Positions 45,095 through 57,777 are shown, counted from the first letter of the whole stretch. The stretch is DNA of 62,840 nucleotides, filler included, from 20 parts of 20 records of this genome joined end to end with filler, not necessarily neighbours in it; one strand, 5' to 3'. The notes: generated from the sequence alone by a model not told the origin. A program made the numbers and translations.

Positions 45095-46057
45095 CATAGC
45101 AAAAATTCACAGGTTCAACCAACCGTTTATGCAAATGGAGAATATTAAAGGATATATTAATGGAGCAAAACAATTAGGATTAAAAGACAACCAACTTTTT
45201 GCAACTCACGACCTGTACGAAAAGACAAATATGAAGAAGGTTAGTAGTTTGGCTTTGTTTTTGCGTCTTGAGTTTCATATGTCACTACAATTTTTGACCA
45301 GGGTGTGTGGAGCGTGTGCCTTTCAAAATTTATGGTGTGAGTAGAATTTGTCCAGACACACCCAAATCGCCAATTGAAACGTAAAATTGTCACGAGCACA
45401 AAGTAGGTGTATAGTGATTGTGGTGGAATGTGCAATCGTGTCACATAAAAAACGAAATGCCCGCTTTGCAGAATTTGGTTGTTTCATTTTCCCCCCGTCA
45501 ATTTACCTCCCTCCTTGTTTTGTTCAGCACAATAACGCTAATAAAATCCAAAGCAAAATCAAAAAAAAATCCGAACATTACATGCGCGTGCAAAATTAAT
45601 GGTGGGCTACGATTATAAGTGCAATGCAATGCCCACTCAAAAACATCAGAAACTCGCATCTTGATGAGAGTGGGTATGTCTTGTGATGGAGTGGGCTTGC
45701 GTAAGTGAGCAAACGTTTTTACAACATTTTTATCTTGAGCTGAGCTCAGGGTCCTGGTACAATTTTCAACTTTTCGCCAAAATTTTTAATTCCTCTTCCA
45801 TTATCGTTTTGGACTCTGAGAACTTTGTGTATATGAAAACTTGTTCAAAATTAACACACTCACATTTTTGAATTTTTTTATATCAGGTTATCACATCAAT
45901 TATACAATTGGAGAAACTTTCACACGATGTTTCATCATTTAAAGGTCCTTATCTCGGTGGCAAGAAAGATGAACAAAAAGAGGCACCAACTGCTGCTGGA
46001 GCAACTGGTGGTAGGGGATCGGCCAACGCACCGCGACTTGGGTCGGTGTCCGAAAAG
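45095..46057 (+). CDS. Calponin-homology (calponin/transgelin-like) protein, two spliced exons (partial)
   Basis: Exon 45095-45239 (PFMQMENIKGYINGAKQLGLKDNQLFATHDLYEKTNMKK), GT...CAG intron, exon 45887-46057 (VITSIIQLEKL...FKGPYLG); phase-0 join. Confidence 0.8.
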
Positions 46058-48087
46058 GTACTGCCACGTGGAAAGAGAGGCTTAGCGGTCCCCCTCACTT
46101 TTTTTGGATGATACAAAAGGTTTGTTTTTGGTGAAAAAATGCTTTTTTTTCGACAGGCAAAACTTTATTTCTACGAGGTCAGACAGGCAAAATCTAGTTA
46201 CAAATAAAATGAAAAAAGAGAAATTATTTCTGTTCTTTTTGAAGGCCCATAATAAGGGATTTCACCCGAGGCGTAGTAGGCAGCTGTGTGAACACTCTTG
46301 TTGATTATTTTAAGTCTTTCACAAGAAATGTTAATCCGAATAAAATACAGACGCGATTTTGACGAACACAAAAACTATGAACACGATAGTATTGAGAGAG
46401 AAAGGCAAAATTTCCTTGCTCCCGCCTTCAAATTTCCCCTGTTTTGCCATATTGAAATGTTCGCGGTTTTTCGTACTTTCGAATAGTAAGCCTGATTGCC
46501 TCCTAATCGAGAGAAAATTTGATGCCAATATTTTTGAAAATGTTACATACTTTTTTTAAAAGAAACACTGATGTATTTTCCAGTATATTTGCCATTCATC
46601 AACTAAATTATTGCAAAAGCAAACATGCGAAACAAAATTACGAAACTCACCCAAGTAAAAATAACCACATAGGACATAAACATGGGATGGGTTGTTTGAG
46701 TGTACAATCTTGTTTTCGTTTTTTTTAGAGATAGATATTCTAAGCCCCTCTCTCCACCAGGCACTTAATTAAGCAACAGTACACAGTTTTTTTCTTAAAA
46801 AGCTCTCCACTCGGCGTGTCGCCGGTGAAAACCAAGTTGGTGCCCTACCACAGTCCACAGTGTTTTTGATATATATTTTTAATGAGTATGTATATTACAC
46901 AATTGGTTTTTCGTATTGATGGTGAAAAAGTACAAGATCTGACTGGATTTACTATTAAATATGAGAATCAAAGTTACATCAGAGAAGGTGAAGAACGTGC
47001 CAAGTGCCTAGAAGCAAATTTCTTGTCCTTGCGTTCCTTAGAAACCATTACTTTTTCTAACAACAAATTGTCTAAAAATGTGAGTCAATATATTTTATGA
47101 TTTACATGTGTTAAAAATTAATTTGGGATCCAGTGTCAATATAAACGACCAAAGAAACAATCTTTCGTGCCCTGGGGGAAATGAGCCCAAAAATAAATCA
47201 ATTTTTGTTTTTGTTGAAAGAAATACGGCGTTAACCCATATCATTTTTGTAACTTTGGATCCATTTAATACGAAAACAGCCAAAACAAAANNNNNNNNNN
47301 NNNNNNNNNNNNNNNNNNNNNNNNNNNNNNNNNNTTAATTAATTAANNNNNNNNNNNNNNNNNNNNNNNNNNNNNNNNNNNNNNNNNNNNATATACCCTG
47401 TATATAATCGATGCCAAGTTTTTGTATGTGCAAAACTTAGATCAACGGAACTGTGATCGCCTTTTCTCATCTTTAAAAAATATTTCAATTTGAAATCCAT
47501 TATTTTTGCCACAATATAAAGCAATAGGCAGGAATGTTTAATTAAGGTGGAGGCTGACAAAGCTGGAGTTTAGCGTTTTTTCTGACTGACGAGCAAGAAT
47601 TCCAAATGAAAACATCGCCATTTCATACAATTTTGTTTAGTGGATGAGTAGTACAACTTTTTTATGGGTGCGCTAAACTAGGCCCTGTGATTATTCCTTT
47701 ATTGGCCTTTTTAGCGAAAACTTTCTCAAAATGCGGTCGTGGGTGTATTCGAATGGTAATGTTTTTCTCAGGCGTTTCAACGGGCCGAAATAAAAAGTGT
47801 AAAAAAAGTTTTAATATTTGTGACAAATCAACGTGAAAAACTAACAAGTGAATTTTTTTCTCTCTTCTATTAATAGATCTTAGATTGTAACTTTTGTCAA
47901 CAAGCTTGTAGTGTATTTTGATATGGCATTAATATGTTCGAATTTTCGTGTGGCTTGCTATTTTCCACAAAGTTTCTTAGGATCACTCGCGAAATTTCGC
48001 AAAAAACAAAAATTTAAAACTTTTCTTGGTTGGTTTGCTGCACTTAGAACTTTGGTATCCTAGTTCCATGGTCTTTGCTCGTCTTGG

Positions 48088-49389
48088 ATGTACCTTCGCA
48101 ATTGGTTCGCTTGCGCTTTTCTGTTATTTTTTGTCAGATGTTGTTGTTGTGAAATAGTGAAGTTTGAAGGGAAAGTGCTACTGGAGGCAGTTCAAGAAAA
48201 TGTCAGTCCTTTGCCATTTGATGGCTCTCCGTGTCTCTCATTTGGCACTGGGGTGGCGGGTGTTTCTGTTTTGAGGTTTGTATTATCTATTTATAGATTT
48301 GTATTTCCGTCCATTGTTTTTCGCATAGCTTTTCATTTTATTGGTCTATGATTTCGTGCCATACACATTCCATTTTATTTATTTTCATTCTGACATCCGT
48401 TTATTGGTCTTTGAGAAATTGGGTGTGGTGGGTGGTGTTCGGTAGTGTGGGGAAATAGCGCACCAATCCATATTGGCACGATTGGTTTGAATTCTGTAGT
48501 GAATGTTTTTTTATAATTTTTTCTGTCCATAGAAACAATATCAAATTGTGTTAGATTTCTTCAACAGCTGTACATGTAATCCATTCAAATCTTTGTTGGT
48601 TGTACGTACTGTTCATGCAAGGTTACCAAAAAATACTATCTTCAAAAAAGTGTATTTTCCGCTCTTTTTACATTTATAAAAAATCTTAAAGAAACCTGAA
48701 ATATCAGACATGTTGAAGAGAAGTGAGGTAATAAATTGCTAAGAGTTTTTGGGATTTGGGTGAAGGTTAAAAACGTACATTTTTTTTCAGTTGTAGTGGT
48801 GAAATCACGATCATGGTACCATGCAAGAAAACAAAAAATAATTAAAATAATGACCTATCCAAAACGCCGTATTTGTGATTGGTTTTAATTTTAAGTTTTG
48901 TACAAGTCAGGGGGCATATTAATTGCGATTCATATTAAAATACTTATTTTACGTTTGTGCAATCGACCAGGACTAGTGAAATGCTCTTCATCTCAGCATG
49001 CCGTCTCTTCTAGGTTCTTAAATTATAATTCTGTACATGTTTTTGATTATGAGTGAATTCTCGCGTTCCGGGGGGAAATAGTGTGAGGATGTAACATTTT
49101 CGATACCGAAAGTAATTTTGTTTTTATTGATCTTTGCGCAATGAATAAAAATCACAAAGACTGCACACTTTAGAGCTTTTCGAGAATTCATCTTTTTTAG
49201 ATTAACAACTCTTTTGTTTTAGGAGCAATGATGAAGGTGTATGTGGTTCTCCTTTAAATGACGACAATTTCGAGTGGATTCGAGAATTTGGACAAACGTT
49301 TATTTGGAACTTGTACAGAATCGGTGACACAAATGACTTTATCATTGAGACGCATTTAAGTGCTGGATTCCCAGACGACGAAGTTACAG
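48088..49389 (+). CDS. Putative secreted eukaryotic protein, exons 48088-48275 and 49223-49389 (partial)
   Basis: Signal-peptide-like N-terminus; AG|GT donor and TTTTAG|G acceptor join in phase into an open exon (SNDEGVCGSPL...). Confidence 0.4.
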
Positions 49390-52300
49390 GTACCAAATAT
49401 CCCAAAAATTGTGATTTGGTGTGAGAACATCGTGTATTTCTAACAATTGTTATACACACGCAAATACATGGATTTTTTGGTGTGTAGGCGGTAGTGGTGT
49501 ATGGATTATAAATATGTTTTGCTTGCTCGGCCTTTTGGAAATCGGCGAGAACATTTTATTTTTCTCAGATAAATAAAATTTTAAGAAATTGGGGTGAACA
49601 AGAAACGTTGAACATACACGATCTATCTTATGATTGACTCTTGATGACCAAACCCAATGGTCAAGTAACCGAACTCATTGCCGAAATACCAAACTTTTTT
49701 CCTGAATAAACAAACCTTTTGACAAAGNNNNNNNNNNNNNNNNNNNNNNNNNNNNNNNNNNNNNNNNNNNNTTAATTAATTAANNNNNNNNNNNNNNNNN
49801 NNNNNNNNNNNNNNNNNNNNNNNNNNNTAGACAGTCTCCTACCTTAATTAAAAAATTGCCAAATTTGTTTGTTTTTTCACATGTGGAATTTTTCTTTTGG
49901 GGATTCGGGTAATTTTCATGGAAGCAAATTAAACTTTTCGCATTTTTTTTCGTTTTCAAGCTTAAGAAAACCGAAAAAAAATAATTGATTGTTCATAATG
50001 TGTCTATTCGCGGAGGTTGTCGCGGAGGTTGTCGCGATCTGTCGCGAAACCCACTCCCAAAATTGTCGAAAATGAAATTATTAATTGAACTTCATTCAAA
50101 CAAAAATGTGCGGGCCACCGCAGGGTGCATTGGACAACAAACAATTGTAATAATACCCGTGTTATTTCCAAATGGACATTTTGTGAAAACGCGTGTTCAT
50201 TGCAAAACCAAATTCATTGCAAAACACGCGTGTTCATTTCAAAAACAAAAAGTTGCAAAAAATTATGGCTTCGTTCGAAAGCTCCATTCCCGGAAACAAA
50301 AAAAATCCTTTTCCAGCAGTCTACCACCGAAACCCAAATTTCACCTTACCATGTATCTCTGTGTCCATCGGAATTGGCACGGGCGCCCTTTCCTCTTTTT
50401 CTTCACGACGAGCCATAACACACGCCGTTAAAAGCGAACTGAACTGCATAACTGGCTGCACCATAGCGCTAGTACTGCTAAAATATCTAAAAATTTAATA
50501 TCCACCGATGGTGTCAATGACCGATATTTTTCACAACTGGTTCAAAAATACATTCACAAATGAAATTCACTTCACAGGGGCGAGGGAGGTTGAAGGGGTG
50601 ATGAATTTTTGAAAAATCACAACAAGAGAGGCAAACAAACGTCGATCCGAAAACCCACACGCTCCCATAATTTTCCAAACGCAATTCTATTTCAGTTTTG
50701 ACCCCCTGGAAAAACAAATTGACACACACCACAACTAATGGTAGGGCCACTACGAATCAAACTTTGAGATAAGGGAACCCAAACGAATTTGCCAAGAATG
50801 TTGTGAAAATTTTTTTGGTTGGGACGGAATTTTCCCCACGACGCATAACGGGACACCCGGAAATCTGGTTTGTATTTGCACGCAACAGTTGCAAAAATTG
50901 AGTCAAGTAGGGGGTAGAGACTGTGAGAAAACAACGGCATGGCGATACCTTTGTTTTTTTGAGGAGGGTTGGTACGAAAAAAATAAATAAATTGTAGTTT
51001 AGTGAAAAAGTGAAGTTCAGTCCTCGGGTTTATTGGTGCTCGTTGATCAAAAAGATTTTGACTTCCAAAAAATATTCATTTGTGAAAGTTTTTGAGGGTG
51101 TCAACACCGGTGGTATTAAATTCAATATTTTGAGTGAAATTTCGCGCCGTGCAGTTCAGCAAGCTTTCTATTTTTAGAGAATATGAAAATTCTGTGAAAA
51201 CATACCGATCCAGTTTAAATGTGTTTCCACTTTGATGTTTGAATCGGTGTCCATTGATGAATAAGACTGGAGATCGTCTCCAAAGAGTGGAGAGTTGTGG
51301 TATTTCATTGGTTCGAATTTGAGTGTGTTGTGCACCAAACTGGCTCTCTCCAAAGCGCGAAGCCGCCGGTCTGAATCAACCAGAGAGGACGAACCTGAAG
51401 AACGTTGGGCATTGCCATTGTTTCTGTACTCTAAAAGGAGCAAAACATTTCTCTTGAGAATTTTCAGGGCTCAACCACAAAAACCGTGACTAAAAATAGC
51501 TGGCAGCCATTCTCGGAAAGTGTCCTCGGTTGAAAAGAGCTTATCTTTCATATGTAAGTGAAATGTACAAAGTAGTACTACTACCTACCCAATTTTTCCG
51601 TTGAACCCTCCGGTTGGGTTCTTTGTATTTAGGTGGTGTTGCAACAATCTCGCCCTCCCAAAGTGAAAAAAATCTACCGTGCCAAGCCGTCCTCGCAGCA
51701 CGAATCTACAATTCCACCAAATGGAGAAGAACAGTTCATTGGAAAAACTTTTTGAACAAGTTTTGAAGAGGTAAAGTAAATTTTCTTTCTTTGTGGGGTT
51801 TCTTTTCAAAAAAAAAGTCCATTTATTGTGGGGTTGCCGAGAAAGTGCATTGTGAGTTCACTTTTCTTTTTTCGTGTCCTCTCTTCTTTGGAAGAAAAAA
51901 AATTCATGGAACAGAAGAAGCTTTCTGGTGTTATTTTTGGAATTTCGTTCCGGGCTATTTTTAGAAATATGAAATTTCATTCGTTTTTTCACTTCACAGC
52001 ATTTTCTGACTTGTGAAAAAGCATGTTTTATTTTTTGTGCCCTCTCACCTTTCAGCTTATTTTCATGGGATCCCCACAACAAGGGATCATCAGGTGCTGG
52101 TTTCTGCAAAAATGGATTTTGGTTGATTGCTGGTGCTCTTCCGATCATGGTGTCGCTAAGAAGCGCGGTTTGGTTTCTCTAAGACACAAAAATGAAAACA
52201 GATTAGAATGGTGAATTTGATGTTCTTTGTGAAAAAAAAAATAATCATAAAATACGAAACAACTGCTGTGAAATGAAATTACCGATCACCTTCCAAATGT

Positions 52301-52477
52301 AGAGTGCGAACAAAGGAAACATTTTTTCGGCTCGCCCCCTGTTTGCAACAAGGGTCTAAATTTTCAATTTTCAAAGGNNNNNNNNNNNNNNNNNNNNNNN
52401 NNNNNNNNNNNNNNNNNNNNNTTAATTAATTAANNNNNNNNNNNNNNNNNNNNNNNNNNNNNNNNNNNNNNNNNNNN

Positions 52478-52506
52478 ACAATTCCACAATTCCACAATTC
52501 CACAAT
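52478..52506. repeat. Octamer tandem repeat (ACAATTCC)n at contig end
   Basis: Direct reading; similar degenerate 7-8-mer runs at 56709-56745 and 62800-62840. Confidence 0.75.
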
Positions 52507-52556
52507 ACTGTCTTTCGACTTTCAAACTTATTTACCTATCAAAAATTAAAACAAAT

Positions 52557-53177
52557 TTAAAACCTCAACAAATTTTCTTTAAACAATGTTGCATATTTTA
52601 AAATTACTTCTTTATCAATTGTTTCTTCTTCATTTACCCTTCCAATGACTTTTACATTTGTCATTTTTTGGATGATTTCTTCTGTAGCTTTGTTTTTATT
52701 TCCACTAAATACAACAGCCACTTGCAAACCTTTTTGTTGTAGTAATTGAAGCGTCATTAAGGTATGATTGATACTTCCTAAATAATGACGTGATACAACG
52801 ATAACTTTATAATTAGGTTGAATAAAATCTAGGAGGGTGTTACGATTGTTTAACGGGACTAACAATCCGCCTGTTCCTTCAATAACCAAAGGGTTGTTTG
52901 TTTGGGGAACTTGAATCTTTTTTAAATCAATCTCAACTCCATCTATAAAAGCCGCTGCATGAGGACTTATAGGGGTTTCTAGGGCATAACTATTGGAATG
53001 AAATTTAGAAACCGTATTCGAAATCAATTCTTGTACCTTCTGGATATCAGAATACGCTAACTCACCTGCTTGTATGGGTTTCCAATAATCGGCTTTTAAA
53101 ACTTCTGTTACGATTGCTGCAACAAGGGTTTTACCAACATCCGTTGAGATTCCTGTGATGAATATTTTTTTACTCAT
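52557..53177 (-). CDS. bioD: Dethiobiotin synthase
   Basis: FITGISTDVGKT, YWKPIQAG, IEGTGGLLVP, LGSINHT. Confidence 0.95.
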   Translation of the reverse strand: MSKKIFITGISTDVGKTLVAAIVTEVLKADYWKPIQAGELAYSDIQKVQELISNTVSKFHSNSYALETPISPHAAAFIDGVEIDLKKIQVPQTNNPLVIEGTGGLLVPLNNRNTLLDFIQPNYKVIVVSRHYLGSINHTLMTLQLLQQKGLQVAVVFSGNKNKATEEIIQKMTNVKVIGRVNEEETIDKEVILKYATLFKENLLRF

Positions 53178-53231
53178 GTTTTAAGTTTGGAGTAGGAAAG
53201 GATCAAATCAAAAGATTAAAAAAATAGGGTG

Positions 53232-54407
53232 TTATGTATAAATTAGACGATTCGTCCTCAAAAATCTTGGGGACAAAGATTGCACAAAAGTAGCCAATAA
53301 TCTTAAGATAGCCTCTATTTCTTGAGACGTATTATAGCTATGTAAACAGATTCGCAAACGTTCCTGTCCTTTTGAAACCGTAGGTGCTACAATTGCCTTG
53401 ACATTAAAACCTTTATTTTGGAGTGTTTTGGCGATTTTTTTTACGGAATCGTTTCCTGAAAAAATACAACACTGAATAGCACTTGAGCTTTCCATAAAAA
53501 AAGGAGTAAGTTGGTATTCTAAAAGCCCTTTTTTAAACAAAGAAATATTCTGTTTTAGTGTTGCCATCGCATTTGTTTTTTCCAATTCTTGATACGCTGC
53601 TTGAATTACAGCGATGGCATGTAAAGAGGCTGCTGTGGTGTACATAAAGGGTCTTGAAAAATTAACCAGATAGTCTCGTAATTCTTGAGAACCTAAAATG
53701 ACCGCTCCATGACAACCCAAAGCTTTTCCAAAAGTGTGAACTCTTGCAAATACTTCTTTCTCTAACTTTAATTCTTGAACCAATCCTTGTCCTTTTTCTC
53801 CAAAAATGCCATTGGAATGGGCTTCATCAACAATCAAATAACAGTTATTTTTTTGGCAGAAATTTGCAATTTCTTTTAAAGGAGCAGTATCTCCATCCAT
53901 AGAATAGACCGTTTCAACGGCAATAAATACAGAGCCTTTACTTTTAGAAAATTTCTTTTGTAAATCTTCTATAGAATTGTGTTTGAATTTATAGGCTCTT
54001 GCATTTGACAAACGAATGCCATCTCGAATAGAGGCATGAATGAATTCATCGTATAAAATAGTAGCGTCTTTTTGCAACACGGCAGAAAACAAACCCATAT
54101 TGGCATCGTAACCCGAATTGAACAGTAAAGCGGTCTCTGAATTGTGGAATTTTGCCAGTTGATATTCTACATCTGTATGTAAATCATGTGTTCCAGAAAG
54201 CAAACGAGAGCCTGTACTACCATTTACAAAACACGTGTTTTCAATAATTTTTGCTGCTTGCTTTTGAATTCTTTGATTTTTTGAAAATCCTAAATAATCG
54301 TTGGAAGTAAAATCTATCAGACCAGAACACGTGGTCAAAACCCGAAAAGAATTGTTTTCTTTTCTAGTTTGTAACTTCTCTGTTAATTCTTTTGGAAATG
54401 GATTCAT
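53232..54407 (-). CDS. bioF: 8-amino-7-oxononanoate synthase
   Basis: DFTSNDYLG, GSTGSRLLSG, SMDGD, VDEAH, TFGKALG (PLP lysine); adjacent to bioD. Confidence 0.93.
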   Translation of the reverse strand: MNPFPKELTEKLQTRKENNSFRVLTTCSGLIDFTSNDYLGFSKNQRIQKQAAKIIENTCFVNGSTGSRLLSGTHDLHTDVEYQLAKFHNSETALLFNSGYDANMGLFSAVLQKDATILYDEFIHASIRDGIRLSNARAYKFKHNSIEDLQKKFSKSKGSVFIAVETVYSMDGDTAPLKEIANFCQKNNCYLIVDEAHSNGIFGEKGQGLVQELKLEKEVFARVHTFGKALGCHGAVILGSQELRDYLVNFSRPFMYTTAASLHAIAVIQAAYQELEKTNAMATLKQNISLFKKGLLEYQLTPFFMESSSAIQCCIFSGNDSVKKIAKTLQNKGFNVKAIVAPTVSKGQERLRICLHSYNTSQEIEAILRLLATFVQSLSPRFLRTNRLIYT

Positions 54408-54630
54408 TTATTTTAAGCTACAAAGGGATCAAAGATACGAAGGTAAATATATTCTATCTAATAAGCTCACAAGCTCTTTTTTAAAGGCTACCCAATAATA
54501 TCGTTGTTTCCTGATTTCTTGTAAATTTGCNNNNNNNNNNNNNNNNNNNNNNNNNNNNNNNNNNNNNNNNNNNNTTAATTAATTAANNNNNNNNNNNNNN
54601 NNNNNNNNNNNNNNNNNNNNNNNNNNNNNN

Positions 54631-54924
54631 AAAAAATTTAAAGAGAAAGAATCCTTAGAAAAACATCTACAAATCCTTGTAGATTTTTGGGATGGAATTT
54701 TGTTTGATTCAGGAACTTACAAGAAAAATGCCATCGCACCCCACCTAGAAAAAAACAAAGAAATACCGTTTGAAGACAAACATTTTAAAAAGTGGATTTT
54801 GTTGTTTAGCGAGTCTGTCGATGAACTTTTTAAAGGATCCGTTTCAGAAATAGCAAAATCAAGAGCACAATCCATAGCCACAGTGATGCAAATAAAACTA
54901 CTACAAATAACTAAAAATTCATAA
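54631..54924 (+). CDS. Group III truncated hemoglobin, 5' truncated
   Basis: Frame from contig start: EKHLQILVDFWDGILFDSGTY...PH...HFKKWILLFSESVDELFKG...A..RA..IA. Confidence 0.85.
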   Translation, partial: KKFKEKESLEKHLQILVDFWDGILFDSGTYKKNAIAPHLEKNKEIPFEDKHFKKWILLFSESVDELFKGSVSEIAKSRAQSIATVMQIKLLQITKNS

Positions 54925-54987
54925 AATTTTTAATAGTTTTGCAATGTTTTATATAGATGTTACTCTACAAGTAAATTGACTATAATT

Positions 54988-56223
54988 ATGAATAAGAAAT
55001 TGATGCTAGTAGCCTTTCTAGGACTATTCACCTTAATGTCCAACAGTCAATCGCAATATAACATCATTTATGAGCAACAATTGGGAATGAATTTCGCTGC
55101 GGAGAATTTCGCTACAGGCTTCTATCTGTTTGATTACATGGATTCTATTGTAATTCCCAAAAAAATCATTAAAAAAGACAATGCTGTGGCTAAGGTCGTT
55201 AACCCAATCTATCGGTTAAGCAAGTTGTTTTTTACGAACTATCTTCTCAATGATTTTGCAATTACCATGAATCACGAACGATTTGGACATGGGTACAGAG
55301 TTTTAGAAGCCAACGGAGAGATCATAAATATTGTCTATGTTTTCCCTCGACCTTTTGGTACGGGTCCTTCATGGATAACGTATGCATATTCAAATAGTAC
55401 TACTACCCAACAAAGGCTGAGTATTACACTTGGAGGCTCCGAGGCAAACATGGTGCTATCAGATGTCTTTAGAAAGAACATCTTATTAGACGAACGTTTT
55501 AACTACAATGATGCTTTACCGTATTTATATGCTAGCAATGATGCACCAGGCTATACGGCATTTATCACCCGTTCTAATGCAGACCCAATCAAGTACAGAA
55601 ACTTCATTAACAACTTTTATGGTGGCGATAAGCTGACGCGAAATAAAATGAGAACATATTCCTTTCTGGCCATATTCACAGATCCTATGAATTTCTATGC
55701 GATTAAAACTGTATTATTCGACTACCTAATTATGGGAAGACATTCTTCCAAAGTTCCTATGATCAGATTTTCAGACCGAATAAAATACTTGCCAAGATTT
55801 AGATTCGAGTACACTCCATATGGTCCTGAATTAGTACTCCAAAATTATCTTAAACTTGATGAAAAGTTGTTTCAATTGAGTTTTAGTCATTCAGATGGAA
55901 CATTTGATCCGTCATGGAGAATTGTTGCTGAAGCTTGGAATATTCATGCAACGGAAAAATTCTCTTTCAACTTCAAAACACAGATTTGGAATCAGCCTGA
56001 TATTGATTATTTCGTGAACGATGTTCCTATAACATCATCAGGATTCGGTGGTCAAGTTATAGTTGCTACTAATTACGATTTCACATCAAATAAGCATCTC
56101 ATCTTAGGTGCTACATTACATTTTGGCTACAAGACCAAAGGATACTCTTTAGGAGAGCAACTTGATGAGGGAATCATAGCGAGAGGAGGTTTAACCTTTA
56201 GATTTGGAAATAAAAGCCAGTAA
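54988..56223 (+). CDS. Secreted/outer-membrane hypothetical protein with HExxGH motif
   Basis: Signal peptide; MNHERFGHG; C-terminal amphipathic beta strands ending GGLTFRF(GNKSQ). Confidence 0.65.
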   Translation: MNKKLMLVAFLGLFTLMSNSQSQYNIIYEQQLGMNFAAENFATGFYLFDYMDSIVIPKKIIKKDNAVAKVVNPIYRLSKLFFTNYLLNDFAITMNHERFGHGYRVLEANGEIINIVYVFPRPFGTGPSWITYAYSNSTTTQQRLSITLGGSEANMVLSDVFRKNILLDERFNYNDALPYLYASNDAPGYTAFITRSNADPIKYRNFINNFYGGDKLTRNKMRTYSFLAIFTDPMNFYAIKTVLFDYLIMGRHSSKVPMIRFSDRIKYLPRFRFEYTPYGPELVLQNYLKLDEKLFQLSFSHSDGTFDPSWRIVAEAWNIHATEKFSFNFKTQIWNQPDIDYFVNDVPITSSGFGGQVIVATNYDFTSNKHLILGATLHFGYKTKGYSLGEQLDEGIIARGGLTFRFGNKSQ

Positions 56224-56280
56224 AAAACAAAACCTAAACGGCATTAAAAAGCAGTTTAGCAAAATTGATAATAATAGGTT

Positions 56281-56706
56281 ATGAGTAAAAAAATAAACAT
56301 AAGTGAGGAAGTCAAAGGATATTTGTTAGAAACGGCTAAATGGGCAAAGCTTTTAGGAATCATCGGTTATATAGGAATTGGTGTTTTGATTTTAATTTCT
56401 TTTTTCATAAATAGTTTTGTCGATTTCTTGGGTTTACCCGAACTAAAAGCAATTCCTACAGGTAAGCTGGCTATCCTGTATTTTGTCTTGGCGGGGATCT
56501 ATTTCTTTCCTATAAATTATTTATTCAATTTTGGATGTAAACTAAGGATTTCCTTAGAATCTGAGGATCAAGAAACCTTTACAATCGCATTCAAAAACTT
56601 AAAATCTCATTACAAATTTATAGGAGTATTTGCACTCGTAATTATGAGTTTATACATAATGATGTTTCTTGTCGGAATCGTTGGATTCTTAACAACCGCT
56701 TTGTAA
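56281..56706 (+). CDS. DUF5362-like small membrane protein
   Basis: LLETAKWAKLLGIIG...YFFP..YL...NLKSHYKFIG; three TM segments. Confidence 0.75.
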   Translation: MSKKINISEEVKGYLLETAKWAKLLGIIGYIGIGVLILISFFINSFVDFLGLPELKAIPTGKLAILYFVLAGIYFFPINYLFNFGCKLRISLESEDQETFTIAFKNLKSHYKFIGVFALVIMSLYIMMFLVGIVGFLTTAL

Positions 56707-56938
56707 TGGTGATGCGGTGAAACGGTGATGCCGTGATCCAGTGAANNNNNNNNNNNNNNNNNNNNNNNNNNNNNNNNNNNNNNNNNNNNTTAATTAATTA
56801 ANNNNNNNNNNNNNNNNNNNNNNNNNNNNNNNNNNNNNNNNNNNNTTTGTAAAGAAAAGTCTTTGAAAATCTTTGTTTCACAGCCGAACTATGTTTAGAA
56901 GGTCGTTAGCTACAATTACAAAAAAAAACAATAAATAA

Positions 56939-57655
56939 ATGGAGAAATTAAAAGGTAAAAAAGCTATTATTACTGGAGGAAGTAGAGGACTTGGAAAAGC
57001 CACAGCTTTAGCTTTTGCAAAAGAGGGTATTGAGGTTGCTATTACTGGAAGAAATGAAAAAAAATTACAAGAAACGGTTACCGAACTAAAAGTATTAGGA
57101 GTAAATGCTTATTATGCCGTATTTGATATTGGGAATTATATAGAAGTGAAAAATGGCATAAAAAAAATCATGGATTCTCTGGGTACAGTAGATATTTTAG
57201 TAAATAATGCAGGAATCGCTGCTTTTGGCTCATTTATAGAAATGGATCTCAATAAATGGAGTGAAATTATACAAACTAATCTTATGGGGATGTATTATGT
57301 AACTAAAGAAATTCTTCCTTTTTTAATAGAAAAAAACCAAGGAGATATTTTTAATATTTCGTCAACAGCTGGACTAAATGGAAATCCAAATACATCAGCT
57401 TATTCAGCTTCAAAATTCGCAGTAATAGGAATGTCGGAATCATTAATGAAAGAGGTACGTAAAAATAATATTAGAGTTTGTACATTAACACCTAGTACGA
57501 TAGCTTCAGAGATGTCTTTAAATTTAGGAATTACGGATGGAAATATAGAGAAAGTTCTACAACCAGAGGATTTTGCTGAATTAATTATTGTTGGATTACA
57601 ACTGCCTCGAAGAGCTATGTTAAAAAACGCTTCTTTATGGTCAACCAATCCATAA
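56939..57655 (+). CDS. Short-chain dehydrogenase/reductase (3-ketoacyl-ACP reductase-like)
   Basis: TGGSRGLG, NNAG, YSASK. Confidence 0.92.
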   Translation: MEKLKGKKAIITGGSRGLGKATALAFAKEGIEVAITGRNEKKLQETVTELKVLGVNAYYAVFDIGNYIEVKNGIKKIMDSLGTVDILVNNAGIAAFGSFIEMDLNKWSEIIQTNLMGMYYVTKEILPFLIEKNQGDIFNISSTAGLNGNPNTSAYSASKFAVIGMSESLMKEVRKNNIRVCTLTPSTIASEMSLNLGITDGNIEKVLQPEDFAELIIVGLQLPRRAMLKNASLWSTNP

Positions 57656-57777
57656 TTTCTATTAACTTTAAACTCATTAAAAAGCCATGAAAATTCTTGA
57701 ATCAAAATTCGCAACTTTCCATTTAACCCCTAAAATGTTACCTATAAGTGGTACTTTTAGCGAAGAATTTATTTGAG

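Noticed and set aside
50007-50245. Short repeats (TCGCGGAGGTTG x2; ACGCGTGTTCATT x2) and overlapping ORFs
   Set aside because: Probably internal repeats of a eukaryotic repeat element; the ORFs have no recognisable motifs.
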